From contig DASZPA010000135.1 of NCBI GenBank assembly GCA_035550555.1, forward strand, positions 1,621 to 65,620: a DNA stretch of 64,000 nt, read 5' to 3'. The DNA is from Fimbriimonas sp. (GTDB lineage Bacteria > Armatimonadota > Fimbriimonadia > Fimbriimonadales > Fimbriimonadaceae). Both the position numbers and the translations under genes were made by a program. The notes beneath the pieces were generated by a model. That model worked only from the letters and a program-made list of their open reading frames with translations. It was not told the origin of the DNA and made no database searches. Each line of letters starts with the position of its first letter. Within the stretch, counting starts at the first letter, position 1. Positions 19,327 through 29,325 of the stretch are shown one piece after another.

Positions 19327-20253
19327 CTAGATAAGACCTAACCGCTCCGCGCAGGACCTCAATATGTCCGCCTCCCATGCGGGCCGCGTGGGCGATCGCG
19401 GGTGCGTCCGGTCCGAGGGAATCTTGCCTAACAGGTTTAGGAAGACGGCTGCCGAATGCTTATACGCTGGAATCGGCGCACGGAAAGCCACGTTGCCCAA
19501 GAACTGTAGGGCGTCTGCGACAGGCTGGTAGCCTGGTTCGTTTTGCGCGCATAGCCGGTCCCTTTCGGCAAACTTGGACGGGCTGAATGCCGCAAGGCCG
19601 AGTAGATAATCGCTGCCGTACTCGACCATGTCGATTCCGAGATCGTTGCCGGTGAAGATCTTGAAGCCAGGGCGGACGCGGTCCCTGATCTTCAGCCGTT
19701 GAAGCTCCAGTTGACGGTCAAGACTGGAATGCTTGACGCCGGCGATCTCGGGGATCTGTAGGATCCTTTCAAAGGTCTCCAGATTCCAGATCTCGCCGTT
19801 TGGAGCAAACATCCGCCCCAGCTCGAAGGCATACACCTTCCCGAACCCGCGTACGGACTGCGCATAGACTGCAGCCTTTTCGGGGCTGTTCAGCGTGTGA
19901 GTGCGCGAGGTCTGAAACAGGATCGGAGTGCCACCGTGCTTCACGATCCGCTCCATCTCACAACGATAGAGGCGAACGACGTCGCCTTCCGTTCCTTCGA
20001 TATACGCTCCGGCAACAAAGGGCCTCCCGGCTGCGACCTCCTTTGCCAACCTCAAGATCGTGGCCTTCTCCCCGTCATCGAGGAGATTGACATAGCCCGT
20101 ATCCATGTTCACCGCAGGCGTCAGGCCCGCCTCATAGGTCTCTTGAAGACACGCCTGATAGGCCCCAGCCGAGAATCTTCCATCCTCCTCAAACGGGAGG
20201 AGCACCGCCGCCATCCCGGTGATGGTGCGACCAAGCTTCCGCATAGCGGACAT
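19327..20253 (-). CDS. DapA/N-acetylneuraminate-lyase superfamily (class I aldolase-like) protein
   Basis: 'IPEIAGVKHSSLD' contains a Schiff-base-type Lys in a TIM-barrel context. ATG at 20253 or 20244. The upstream extension to 20328 overlaps the preceding gene. Confidence 0.72.
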   Translation of the reverse strand: MSAMRKLGRTITGMAAVLLPFEEDGRFSAGAYQACLQETYEAGLTPAVNMDTGYVNLLDDGEKATILRLAKEVAAGRPFVAGAYIEGTEGDVVRLYRCEMERIVKHGGTPILFQTSRTHTLNSPEKAAVYAQSVRGFGKVYAFELGRMFAPNGEIWNLETFERILQIPEIAGVKHSSLDRQLELQRLKIRDRVRPGFKIFTGNDLGIDMVEYGSDYLLGLAAFSPSKFAERDRLCAQNEPGYQPVADALQFLGNVAFRAPIPAYKHSAAVFLNLLGKIPSDRTHPRSPTRPAWEADILRSCAERLGLI

Positions 20254-20264
20254 CTCGTTTAGAT

Positions 20265-21431
20265 TCAACTGGCCGGACCTCGATAGATGGGTAGGTCCGG
20301 AACGTCGACCCAAGCGCGCGTTCGCCAAGACTCGAGCCCCAATTCCGCCAGTTGGACCCCTTTTGCGCCCTCACGCAGGTTCCATGGGAACGGCTCGCCC
20401 AGCGCGACATGCCGCAGGAACAGTTCCCACTGCGCCTTGAAGGCATTCTCCTGACCAGGCAACGCCGGAGCATCGGACCAGCCTTCCCAAAAATCGATGG
20501 GACTGGGAACGTCCGGGTTCCAGACTGGCCGTGGCGTGGACGAGCGGGGTTGGACACGGCACTCTCGAAGGCCGGCAACTGCGGAGCCTTCCGTGCCGTC
20601 GACCTGGAGCGTCAGCAGATCATCCCGCCGAACTCGCACGCACCAAGAAGAGTTGAACTGCGCGACAACACCGCCCTGTAGCTGCAAGCATGCATACGCC
20701 GCGTCGTCGGCTGTGCACTCATAGGACTCCCCCTGCTCATTCAAACGGCGGGGAATGTGGGTTGCTCCCAAGCAAGAAACGGAACTGACGGGGCCGAACA
20801 GGTTATCCAGCACATACCGCCAGTGGCAGAGCATGTCCAAGATGATGCCGCCGCCTTCCTCCTTACGATAGTTCCAGCTTGGCCTCTGCGGTGAGATGCC
20901 GTCTTCGCCCGTAAACACCCAATATCCGAACTCGCCGCGGACCGACAGGATGCGACCGAAGAACCCCGACTGGATCAAGTTCCGGAGCTTGAGAAGCCCG
21001 GGAAGCCAAAGCTTGTCTTGGACCACTCCGTGCTTGATCCCCGCCTCTTCGGCCAACCGATAGAGCTCCAGGGCGTCCGCTAAATTGGAGGCTACTGGCT
21101 TTTCGCAGTAGACTTGCTTGCCTGCCTGGATGGCTTTTCGCACTGCCGATTCCCGAAGGTCGGTTAGCTGGGCATCGAAGTAGATCTCGTTCGCAGGGTC
21201 CTCGAGCTCAGGTTCCAACTCGGTTGTCCACCGGCAGCCACCTGCCTTATCTGAGAGCGCTCGAAGCTTCTCGGCGTTTCGACCGACCAGGACCGGCTCG
21301 GGCATCAAGGTCCCACCTTCGGAAAGCGGCACGCCGCCTTGGCCTCGTATGGCCACGATCGAGCGAAGCAGGTGCTGATTCGTCCCCATGCGGCCAGTCA
21401 CGCCGTTCATCACGATCCCGATGGACTTCAC
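20265..21431 (-). CDS. Gfo/Idh/MocA family oxidoreductase
   Basis: Rossmann 'IGIVMNGVTGRMG' and 'VYCEKPVA'. GTG 21431 is preceded by GAGGG (6-nt spacer) and overlaps the cupin TGA (GTGA). The 97-aa extension to 21725 was rejected. Confidence 0.85.
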   Translation of the reverse strand: MKSIGIVMNGVTGRMGTNQHLLRSIVAIRGQGGVPLSEGGTLMPEPVLVGRNAEKLRALSDKAGGCRWTTELEPELEDPANEIYFDAQLTDLRESAVRKAIQAGKQVYCEKPVASNLADALELYRLAEEAGIKHGVVQDKLWLPGLLKLRNLIQSGFFGRILSVRGEFGYWVFTGEDGISPQRPSWNYRKEEGGGIILDMLCHWRYVLDNLFGPVSSVSCLGATHIPRRLNEQGESYECTADDAAYACLQLQGGVVAQFNSSWCVRVRRDDLLTLQVDGTEGSAVAGLRECRVQPRSSTPRPVWNPDVPSPIDFWEGWSDAPALPGQENAFKAQWELFLRHVALGEPFPWNLREGAKGVQLAELGLESWRTRAWVDVPDLPIYRGPAS

Positions 21432-21874
21432 TCTTGGCCCTCGATGAACTGCGGCCGGGCTCCCTCGGGCAGGGGCGGTCCATCGATTCCTGCCCTGGGC
21501 AGCGTGCCCTCCAGTTCCTGCCGCCAATGTGCCACGTCGCCGGCCGGCCCGTAGCAGTAGATCATCTTGAGGGGCGTGGAGCCCGTGTTTGTCAATTGGT
21601 GGAACACGTTGGAAGGGATGAAGACGGCCTGTCCGCCGGTGAGGGTCGCAAGCTCGTTGCCAAGGCACATCTCGCCCGAGCCTTCCAGAACCAGATAGAC
21701 CTCCTCCTGCTCGTGGTTGTGCCACGGCACCTGTCCTCCCTCGGGCTCCAAGGTAACGAATCCCAGGCAGAAGTTCTGCGCCTGAATCGGCGAAGCACCT
21801 CCCACAAGGTTTTGCGTGCGGCGCCGCGCCGGGTAGCGCCTCCCTTCGATCTGGGTGAGATCGGCGATAGTCAT
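21428..21874 (-). CDS. cupin domain protein
   Basis: 'GGQVPWHNHEQEEVYLVLEG...VFIPSNVFHQLTN' are cupin motifs 1 and 2 with metal-binding His/Glu. ATG 21874. Confidence 0.75.
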   Translation of the reverse strand: MTIADLTQIEGRRYPARRRTQNLVGGASPIQAQNFCLGFVTLEPEGGQVPWHNHEQEEVYLVLEGSGEMCLGNELATLTGGQAVFIPSNVFHQLTNTGSTPLKMIYCYGPAGDVAHWRQELEGTLPRAGIDGPPLPEGARPQFIEGQE

Positions 21875-21878
21875 GCTC

Positions 21879-22616
21879 TTACGCCAGCCATTCACGCAGA
21901 GTAGAAGATTCGGCGGGCAGCCTGCCAGGATCGTCGCCGGGAACGAACTCGATCAGCGCGAACCGGTCACCGTGCGCGGTCTCCAGATACTCTCTCCAAA
22001 CGGTCGCGGCCTCATCCAATGGACGGCGAATGGTTTGGTCGCCTTCACGAATCCAGTTGAAGACGTGCAGGTTGGTCAGATGAGGCGCAAGGTCCTGCAG
22101 CGACCGAAGGTTTTGGACGTGCGAAACGCGCGGATCGGGCTGCCAGTTGACCCCTGCGATCCCGCGTCCGAGAAGTCTCAGTGTCGATTCGGCTGTATCC
22201 GCGAGCGTGTTCGGATGAAACTCCAGACTCACCCGAATGCCGTGTCTTGCGGCGCGCTCCGCGATTTCTCCTAGCGCCGACTCGACCGCAGCGTAATCGG
22301 CGGCACTGGCTCCCTGGGAAGCTTTCGAGCCGGCCCAAATCCGGACCAGAGGCGCACCCAATTCCGAAGCCGTTTTAACCGTGGCATCAGCATCCTCGGA
22401 CGTCCCGGCCCGAAAGTACGAACCGTAGCATGCGACTTGAAGGCCGGCTTCCTCTGTAAGCGAACGAACCTCGTTTGCACGATGCAGCGCGCCGGGCGGA
22501 ACGTGCACGTCTCCACCCCACTCGATCGCCTCCAGGCCGTTCTCGACCGCCAGCCGCACAATCTCTTCCGGGCACAACTGGCGGAAGGTGACCGAAACCA
22601 ACCCCGGCCGCATCAT
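21879..22616 (-). CDS. sugar phosphate isomerase/epimerase (xylose-isomerase-like TIM barrel)
   Basis: 'GLEAIEWGGDVH', 'GIRVSLEFHPNT'. ATG at 22616 or 22613. The ORF opens at TTG 22652. Confidence 0.8.
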   Translation of the reverse strand: MMRPGLVSVTFRQLCPEEIVRLAVENGLEAIEWGGDVHVPPGALHRANEVRSLTEEAGLQVACYGSYFRAGTSEDADATVKTASELGAPLVRIWAGSKASQGASAADYAAVESALGEIAERAARHGIRVSLEFHPNTLADTAESTLRLLGRGIAGVNWQPDPRVSHVQNLRSLQDLAPHLTNLHVFNWIREGDQTIRRPLDEAATVWREYLETAHGDRFALIEFVPGDDPGRLPAESSTLREWLA

Positions 22617-22648
22617 GCCCCTTTTCGCCGCCTCATTGGGTGTAGATC

Positions 22649-24595
22649 TCAAAAGGCTGTCGAAGTTGCTGCTCCCATGTAGTCCGCCTTGATGTAAAGC
22701 CGGGCAGGCGGGGCGTCCGCCTGGTTTAGCTTCGCCTTTAGGACGTAGTACGCCTCGGTCGCGGCAACGAAGCTGGCAGACAGAACGGTTGAGCCACTCG
22801 TCTGCAGAACCACGTTCGTTCCGTCGGACACCTGAAGGTCGACGGTTTGCGGCCCGTCCGCCGATATCTCGAGATTCACCTGCGAGCCTGGAGCGGGCCA
22901 GATGGCTCCGGCCGAGCGATAGGTTTCTGAAACCGCTCTGCCGCCGTAGCCCAAGCTTCCCGCGCTCGCGTCGCCAAGGTCATCGTCCATCTCAAACTGC
23001 TGAAGGGTCCTTCGTGCAGAAGGTTCGAATCCGCCGGTCACGCCCGCGGGCCCCCAAACGGAATAGGAAAGCGGGGGAACGGCAATCTGTACCCAACCGT
23101 CCTGGTTCGTCCAGATGTCGTCCGGGCGCGATCCGCTGTAGTCGTGAAGTTGCGTGTGGGGAAAGAATGCGGTCGAGATCCAGGCATCGTGCCACGAGTC
23201 GCCGTCGTTGTTGATCGCCACAATCGCCCGTGCTCCGCGCTCGATGATGAGAAGCTGCTCGGAGTCTTGGTACCGCACGAAGTAATCACCGGATTTGAAG
23301 GCAAGCTTCTGGTGGCACCACAGCAGGTTTACCGCCCACGGTCGAGTGGGAATCTCCTCAGCTGCCGTTCCGATGCTCCAGGGCTGGACGTTGTGAAACA
23401 GATCTGCATAGAAAAACATCGGACTTCCATCGACGGCAACGGCAAGAGCGTATGCCAGCGGAGTCCGAGGATTGTCCGGATCGAGATACGGCCGCACTTG
23501 ACCGTCGTAGCTGTCGTGGTCGTTTACGAACGGCGTCGTCTTGAACCGATTGTGCTGCTGGGTCGAGGGAAGATGGCCGACGTCGAAATAGCCTTCGCTT
23601 GACACCAGCTCCACCAAAGCCTCACGAAACGAGAAATCGAACGTTCCCGCCCGGTTGAGAGTCGCGTCGGCCCATTTGTCCAGGTCGGCCAAGCCGTTGT
23701 CCGGAACCAGCTCACCAGCGCAGTAGTAATCTCGCCGGTCACCCATGGCGTTGTAAAGAACGTCCTCGACGACCTCCGGCGGAAACCCTTTCACATCGTC
23801 GAACCGGACACCGTCCACTCCGGTCTGGCGAACCAGCCATGTCAGCCAGGCCCTGGCGTTCCGCCGTGCCGCACAGTTTGGGTCCCCGGCGCCGGAATCG
23901 GTGCAGCGCCCCTGATAGCAGAAATCCTTGCCAAAGTCGTCGGCCGGCCACTCTCCAACGGTGTTCCAATGCTGGGGATTGGGGTGAAAGTCGAGCCAGT
24001 TTCGCTGCCACCGGCCCGTGCCCTCGCCGGCGAAGCCGATCGGCTGAATGAGCGAGAACCGGTGCTGGTCGTCCTGGTAGGGCGACTCGGGATCGGGCGA
24101 GCCGCTGCCGCAGTGGTCCAGGACGATGTCTGGGTACACCTCCAAGCCGTTCGCATGGGCGACGGCGATCATACGCAGGAAAGAATCTTGAGTCCCGAAC
24201 CGGGTGCCCGTCGCTCCGCACTGGTTCTTTTGGCCGATGTCGTAGTAATCGAAGGGCGTATAGCCCATGTTGTTGATCGCGTCGGTGTCCTTGGAAGGCG
24301 GCGGAGTCCAAATTCCATCGAATCCAAGGGTGGCCAGCCGGGGCGTCAGCTTGGCGATATACGTGTACCAATCAGCCGGATACTGGGCGTTCCAGCAGTT
24401 CCAGAAGAAGACCTGCAGGACAGCCTTGCCGTTCCATGGATTGCTCACGACTGGAAGATACTCTTTACCTTCGCTCCAAGCGCTCCCAAAATCTCGGAAG
24501 GAGATCGAATCACTGGCCTGCGCTTTTGGGAGGTCAATGGTGTCAAGCGCCGCTTGCTCGTGAACGAACCCGATCGATGCAAAGGGTCCCGGCAT
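22649..24595 (-). CDS. GH13 alpha-amylase family glycoside hydrolase with C-terminal beta-sandwich region
   Basis: Conserved regions 'DIVLDHCG', 'GVDGVRFDDVKGF', 'YCAGELV', 'FVNDHDS'. No obvious signal peptide. Confidence 0.85.
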   Translation of the reverse strand: MPGPFASIGFVHEQAALDTIDLPKAQASDSISFRDFGSAWSEGKEYLPVVSNPWNGKAVLQVFFWNCWNAQYPADWYTYIAKLTPRLATLGFDGIWTPPPSKDTDAINNMGYTPFDYYDIGQKNQCGATGTRFGTQDSFLRMIAVAHANGLEVYPDIVLDHCGSGSPDPESPYQDDQHRFSLIQPIGFAGEGTGRWQRNWLDFHPNPQHWNTVGEWPADDFGKDFCYQGRCTDSGAGDPNCAARRNARAWLTWLVRQTGVDGVRFDDVKGFPPEVVEDVLYNAMGDRRDYYCAGELVPDNGLADLDKWADATLNRAGTFDFSFREALVELVSSEGYFDVGHLPSTQQHNRFKTTPFVNDHDSYDGQVRPYLDPDNPRTPLAYALAVAVDGSPMFFYADLFHNVQPWSIGTAAEEIPTRPWAVNLLWCHQKLAFKSGDYFVRYQDSEQLLIIERGARAIVAINNDGDSWHDAWISTAFFPHTQLHDYSGSRPDDIWTNQDGWVQIAVPPLSYSVWGPAGVTGGFEPSARRTLQQFEMDDDLGDASAGSLGYGGRAVSETYRSAGAIWPAPGSQVNLEISADGPQTVDLQVSDGTNVVLQTSGSTVLSASFVAATEAYYVLKAKLNQADAPPARLYIKADYMGAATSTAF

Positions 24596-24627
24596 ACGCT
24601 CGGGACCCTTGAGGGTTCGGGGGGGCC

Positions 24628-24906
24628 CTAGTGCCCGCGGATCCGGTGGATCTTGCGCATATCCTTGTGGATGAAGTGCCGATCCGCCTCGATCAGACGA
24701 TCGAGCTGGTGGACCCTGGACCAGTTATGGTGCCGGACAGCATGAGTCCTCTCCCTCTCGAGCCTCGCCAGATCGGCGCGAGCCGCGTGAGAGTCCATGA
24801 TCGTGTGCCGGAGCGACTGAGCTCCTGCGATGGCGGGGGCGCCGATTACTGCCAGCGCCGAGAGACCGAGAAATATGTTCCTGATGTTAGCGACTTTCAT
24901 AGTCAT
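24628..24906 (-). CDS. small secreted histidine-rich protein (hypothetical)
   Basis: 92 aa. Signal peptide 'IFLGLSALAVIGAPAIAGAQS'. The mature part is helical and rich in His and Arg ('HAVRHHNWSRVHQ...HFIHKDMRKIHRIRGH'). It lies 32 nt upstream of the GH13 gene on the same strand. Confidence 0.5.
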   Translation of the reverse strand: MTMKVANIRNIFLGLSALAVIGAPAIAGAQSLRHTIMDSHAARADLARLERERTHAVRHHNWSRVHQLDRLIEADRHFIHKDMRKIHRIRGH

Positions 24907-25027
24907 CCTCCTGATGTTGAGATGCGTCGATTCCCTTCCAGTTCCGTCGGACGGGACATCTTATCTTACTCTTGCAGCATTTTAATTCCAACCAAGGTTG
25001 CTTTAAGCAGGTGTAATACCTCTTGCG

Positions 25028-26476
25028 ATGGGCCAATTCATCCTCGCTCTGGACCAAGGAACGACCTCTTCCCGCTCGATCCTCTTTGACCGAGAGGCCA
25101 AGATCGTGTCTGCCGCGCAGGAGGAAATACCCCAGTCCTATCCGGCGCCCGGATGGGTCGAGCATGACCCGGTGTCCATCTGGAAATCCCAGGTCGAGAC
25201 GGCCCGGAGGGTGCTTCGGGAAACCGGCGTGGAACCGTCCGAGGTCCACGCCATCGGAATAGCCAACCAGCGGGAGACCACGCTGATTTGGGACCGCAAG
25301 ACCGGAGAGGCCCTTCACCCGGCAATCGTGTGGCAAGACCGCCGCACGGCGGAACATTGCGAGCGTCTCGTCGAACGGGGCCTTGGGGACGCGATCACGG
25401 CGCAATCCGGATTGGTGGTCGACAGCTACTTCTCCGCGACCAAGCTCTCGTGGCTCCTCCAAAACGTTCCTCAAGCAGCACAGGCGGCGTTTGGCACGGT
25501 CGATAGCTTCCTCCTTTGGAAGCTGACCCGTGGGCAGGTCCATGCCACCGATGAAACCAACGCCAGTCGCACCATGCTTTTCGATATCCATCGCAAGGCC
25601 TGGTCCTCAGATTTGCTTGATCTCTTTGCTGTGCCGGCTTCGATGCTTCCGCAGGTCGTTCCTTCGAGCGGCGTGGTCGGGCACACGCATCCATCGATCT
25701 TTGGCGAGCCGATCCCGATCGCCGGAATCGCAGGCGATCAGCAGGCCGCAACTTTCGGTCAGGCGTGCTTTCAGCCGGGCATGGCGAAGTGCACCTATGG
25801 CACCGGAGCGTTTCTCCTACTCAACACGGGTGAAGAGGCTGTTCGTTCTGGCCATCGTCTTCTGACGACGCCGCTTGCCGGCGGCTCGTACGCCCTCGAG
25901 GGGAGCGTGTTTGTTGCCGGCGCGGCTGTGCAGTGGCTGCGTGACGAGCTTGGACTGATCCAGAGTTCCTCCGAGGTGGACGAAATCGCTGCCGGCGTTT
26001 CGGATTCGGGCGGCGTATACGTGGTACCCGCTTTCGTCGGTTTGGGGGCGCCCTATTGGGACTCGCATGCGCGGGGCGCGGTCGTCGGATTGACGCGCGG
26101 CTCGAATCGCGCGCACCTCGTCCGTGCCACGCTGGAAAGCATCGCATTTCAGTGTCGTGACGTGGCCGGCGCCATGGCCGCGGACTTTGGCGGCCCGCTG
26201 GTGGAGCTGAGAGTCGACGGCGGCGCGGCTGTCGGCGACCTGCTGATGCAGCTTCAGGCCGATATTCTCGGGGTGCGGATCGTGCGGCCAAAGGTTACCG
26301 AAACAACTGCCCTCGGAGCAGCCTTCCTTGCCGGCTTGGCGACGGGATTTTGGGAATCAAAGGAGGAGATCGAAGCCCTGTGGGCCGCCGATCGTATCTT
26401 TGAGCCCTCCATTCCGGTCTTCAAGCGCGAAGCGGCTTACGAGGGGTGGAAGCGGGCCGTGCAGCGTGTCCGATAG
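25028..26476 (+). CDS. glpK: glycerol kinase
   Basis: '[15 protein letters not shown]', 'GWVEHDP', '[10 protein letters not shown]', '[10 protein letters not shown]'. 482 aa. Confidence 0.95.
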   Translation: MGQFILALDQGTTSSRSILFDREAKIVSAAQEEIPQSYPAPGWVEHDPVSIWKSQVETARRVLRETGVEPSEVHAIGIANQRETTLIWDRKTGEALHPAIVWQDRRTAEHCERLVERGLGDAITAQSGLVVDSYFSATKLSWLLQNVPQAAQAAFGTVDSFLLWKLTRGQVHATDETNASRTMLFDIHRKAWSSDLLDLFAVPASMLPQVVPSSGVVGHTHPSIFGEPIPIAGIAGDQQAATFGQACFQPGMAKCTYGTGAFLLLNTGEEAVRSGHRLLTTPLAGGSYALEGSVFVAGAAVQWLRDELGLIQSSSEVDEIAAGVSDSGGVYVVPAFVGLGAPYWDSHARGAVVGLTRGSNRAHLVRATLESIAFQCRDVAGAMAADFGGPLVELRVDGGAAVGDLLMQLQADILGVRIVRPKVTETTALGAAFLAGLATGFWESKEEIEALWAADRIFEPSIPVFKREAAYEGWKRAVQRVR

Positions 26477-26550
26477 GGAGCGGCGCTGTTGCTCCCTGTC
26501 TCACGCCCCAGGTGCAAACTCCGCAACCTCTCGTGCGTCGAGACCTAGTC

Positions 26551-27462
26551 TTAATTGCCCGAGACAGAATCCACCTCCCCAAAGGCTTCGAGCAGCTTCT
26601 CCAGAATCTCGTCGGACAAGGGTGGGCCCTCCAGCGCCTTCGCGTTCTGGCGCAGGTGCGCAATGTTTCCCGTGCCGGAGAGGATCACGTCCATGCCTGG
26701 CTCCCAGAGGCAGAAGCGGTAGGCGGCTCCTTCGATCGAGCCGGCTACGCCTTGTCCTTTAAGGAAGTCCAGGTCTTTGACAGGCGAGCCCAACTCCTCA
26801 AGCAACGAGAGCAGGGCCTCTTGATTGCTCAGCGCACGTCTGACTGCGAACATGCAGAGTGTGCCAATGCCCCGGTCTTTGGTATGCGGCAACACGGTTT
26901 TGCGGGCCGAAGGGTTGAGGAGGTTGAAGCCGACCATGACGACCTCCCACGGTCCCTCTTGGACGGCGGGTCCCAGCATCCGGTGGTTGGTGTCTCTTCC
27001 GAACGCCTCCGTGATCCCAATGTGACGGATCTTGCCCTCGTCTCTCATCGCGGCAAGCTCTGGGTAGAGCACTTCAAGCGCGTGCGGATACCCCTCGAGG
27101 AGCACTCCGTGAAGATGGAGGATGTCGATGTAATCGGTGCCGAGCCGGCGCAAGCAGCCATCAACCCTCTCACGCGTTTCCTTTGCTGTTGCAGGTCGAT
27201 CCTGAAGATCCGTGCCGACCTTCGTCGAAAGGACGACCGAATCGCGAGGCACGTCGGCGATTCCGAGGGCAACGGCCTCTTCCGTTCTGTACCCTTCGGC
27301 TGTGTCGATGAAGTTGACTCCGAGATCGATGGCTTCTCGCACAACGCGGGCAGCCTCCTCTTTCGAGGAGCCTCGGCTCATGCCGAGCCGGCTGTGCCCG
27401 CCGCATCCAAGTCCCATCCGCGAGACTTTCAGGCCCGTCTTTCCAAGCGTCGTCGTCAGCAC
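26551..27462 (-). CDS. aldo/keto reductase
   Basis: 303 aa. 'GLGCGGHSRLG', 'NFIDTAEGY', 'ILHLHGV', 'IRHIGITE'. Confidence 0.9.
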   Translation of the reverse strand: MLTTTLGKTGLKVSRMGLGCGGHSRLGMSRGSSKEEAARVVREAIDLGVNFIDTAEGYRTEEAVALGIADVPRDSVVLSTKVGTDLQDRPATAKETRERVDGCLRRLGTDYIDILHLHGVLLEGYPHALEVLYPELAAMRDEGKIRHIGITEAFGRDTNHRMLGPAVQEGPWEVVMVGFNLLNPSARKTVLPHTKDRGIGTLCMFAVRRALSNQEALLSLLEELGSPVKDLDFLKGQGVAGSIEGAAYRFCLWEPGMDVILSGTGNIAHLRQNAKALEGPPLSDEILEKLLEAFGEVDSVSGN

Positions 27463-27484
27463 GAAGTCGTTTTACCGAGAAGAC

Positions 27485-28453
27485 TCACCCTTTCACGCCG
27501 CCAATCTTGATTCCTTCGATAAACGTCCGCTGGGCTAGGAAGAAAAGGACGATGAGCGGGAGGGTCATGACGACGGACATCGCCATCATCCGCCCCCAGT
27601 CGGACGAGTACTGGCCCTGCAGCCGCGCCAGGCCGATCGCCAGCGTGTACTTGTCGTCGTCCATCAGATAGAGCAGCGGGCCGAGAAAGTCGTTCCAGGC
27701 GCCGATAAAGCTGAATACGGCGACGACGGCCAGTGCGGCCTTCGAGAGCGGCAGGACCACGGTTGCCCAGATGCGAAGATCGCTTGCCCCGTCGATGCGC
27801 GCGGCCTCCATGAGCGAAGACGGGATCGTTCGATAGAACTGCCGCAGCATGAAGATGAAGAAAGCGTTGCCGCAAAAGGCCGGTACTACGAGCGGCAGGA
27901 TCGTGTTGATCCAGCCAAGGCTCTTGAAGGTCTGGAAGAGCGGAATCATCGTGACCTGGCCTGGGAGCATCATGGTCGCGAGCATCGTCCAGAACAGAAC
28001 CTCTCGCCCTTTCCACTGCACACATGCCAGACCGTAGGCAGCCAGCGAACAGCTCAGAGCCGTGCCAAACACAGTCAGCACGCAGATGACCAAGGTGTTG
28101 CGAAGCATCAAGAAGAAAGGAAACGCCTTGAATCCTTCGGAGTAGTTGCTCCACTCCAGGTGCGGCTTCAGCTTGAGCCCACTTGGCGAGACCGACACTT
28201 TGGCTCCCTTCTGCGGCCCAGACAAGATTTCGACAACTTGTTCATTTCCCTTCCTCTCGATAGGTTTGACTTCCACCGTCGAGCCGTTCAGAGTGAGCAT
28301 CTGAGCGCGCGGAATCAGGTCCATCTCGGACTTTCCGACTTGGTCTTCGGTCTTCAGCGAGGTGCTGACCTGCCACACGAACGGTAAAGAAAAGAGGGCC
28401 GCCAGAACGACGAGCGCGAGAAATCCGGGAATTCGAAGGGGCCTCTTTCTCAT
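27485..28453 (-). CDS. carbohydrate ABC transporter permease (UgpE/MalG type)
   Basis: EAA loop 'MEAARIDGASDLRIWATVVLP'. ATG 28453 overlaps the upstream TGA (ATGA). The ORF extension to 28615 was rejected. Confidence 0.9.
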   Translation of the reverse strand: MRKRPLRIPGFLALVVLAALFSLPFVWQVSTSLKTEDQVGKSEMDLIPRAQMLTLNGSTVEVKPIERKGNEQVVEILSGPQKGAKVSVSPSGLKLKPHLEWSNYSEGFKAFPFFLMLRNTLVICVLTVFGTALSCSLAAYGLACVQWKGREVLFWTMLATMMLPGQVTMIPLFQTFKSLGWINTILPLVVPAFCGNAFFIFMLRQFYRTIPSSLMEAARIDGASDLRIWATVVLPLSKAALAVVAVFSFIGAWNDFLGPLLYLMDDDKYTLAIGLARLQGQYSSDWGRMMAMSVVMTLPLIVLFFLAQRTFIEGIKIGGVKG

Positions 28454-29325
28454 TGCTCGTACTGCACATGCTTCTGGGAGGCCCGCATCACGATGATCGT
28501 CGAGAGGAGAATCACCGCAAAGAGCACCCAAGCCATTGCGGATGCGTAGCCTAGACGGAACTCGGTGAAGGCGCTGTTGAACAGGTGGAGGCAGTAGAAG
28601 AGCGTTGCGTCCCAAGGTCCGCCGCTGGTCATCACGAATGCGCGGCCGAACTCCTGAAACCCACCGATCAGCCCCATGACGCCCGTGAACAGGAGAACGG
28701 GCGATATCAGAGGAATGGTGACGTTCTTGAACCGCTGGACCGGTCCGGCGCCGTCAAGCTCGGCCGCTTCGAACAGCTCCGAAGGGACGTCTTGCAGCGC
28801 TGCCAGATAGAGGATCGCGCCTCCGCCGGCGCCCCATAGCGACATCAGAATCAGGCCCGGCATCGCCCAATGCTCGTCCGAAAGCCAGCCAGGCATCCAG
28901 CCTTCGGGCAGGTGGAGAAAGCGCAGAAACGAGTTGATCAGGCCGGACTCCGGGTCGAGCATCCGAATCCAAAGCACGGAATTGGCAACCAGCGGGACGA
29001 CTGTGGGAAGAAAGAAGAGCGTACGAAACACTTTGATCCCGGGCACTCTCTGATTCATGAGCAGCGCCAGCCCAAGGCCCACAATCATGCCAAGCGGAAC
29101 CGAGGCAAGGACGAAAACGAATGTGTTCTGGACCGAGTGCCAGAACCGGTCGTCGTGCGCCATTTCCACGTAATTCGCGGCTCCGACATACCGAGGGGAG
29201 TCGAGAATCGGGTAGTTGCAGAGGCTGAACCAGAAGGATGCGATCACCGGCAGGACCGTAAAGGCCAGGAGGCCGAGTATCAGCGGGGAGCAGAACGCCA
29301 ATCCCGTCCAGGTTCGCCGCTTCAC
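28450..29325 (-). CDS. carbohydrate ABC transporter permease (UgpA/MalF type)
   Basis: 291 aa with 6 TM helices. EAA loop 'FEAAELDGAGPVQRFKNVTIP'. Confidence 0.9.
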   Translation of the reverse strand: MKRRTWTGLAFCSPLILGLLAFTVLPVIASFWFSLCNYPILDSPRYVGAANYVEMAHDDRFWHSVQNTFVFVLASVPLGMIVGLGLALLMNQRVPGIKVFRTLFFLPTVVPLVANSVLWIRMLDPESGLINSFLRFLHLPEGWMPGWLSDEHWAMPGLILMSLWGAGGGAILYLAALQDVPSELFEAAELDGAGPVQRFKNVTIPLISPVLLFTGVMGLIGGFQEFGRAFVMTSGGPWDATLFYCLHLFNSAFTEFRLGYASAMAWVLFAVILLSTIIVMRASQKHVQYEQ

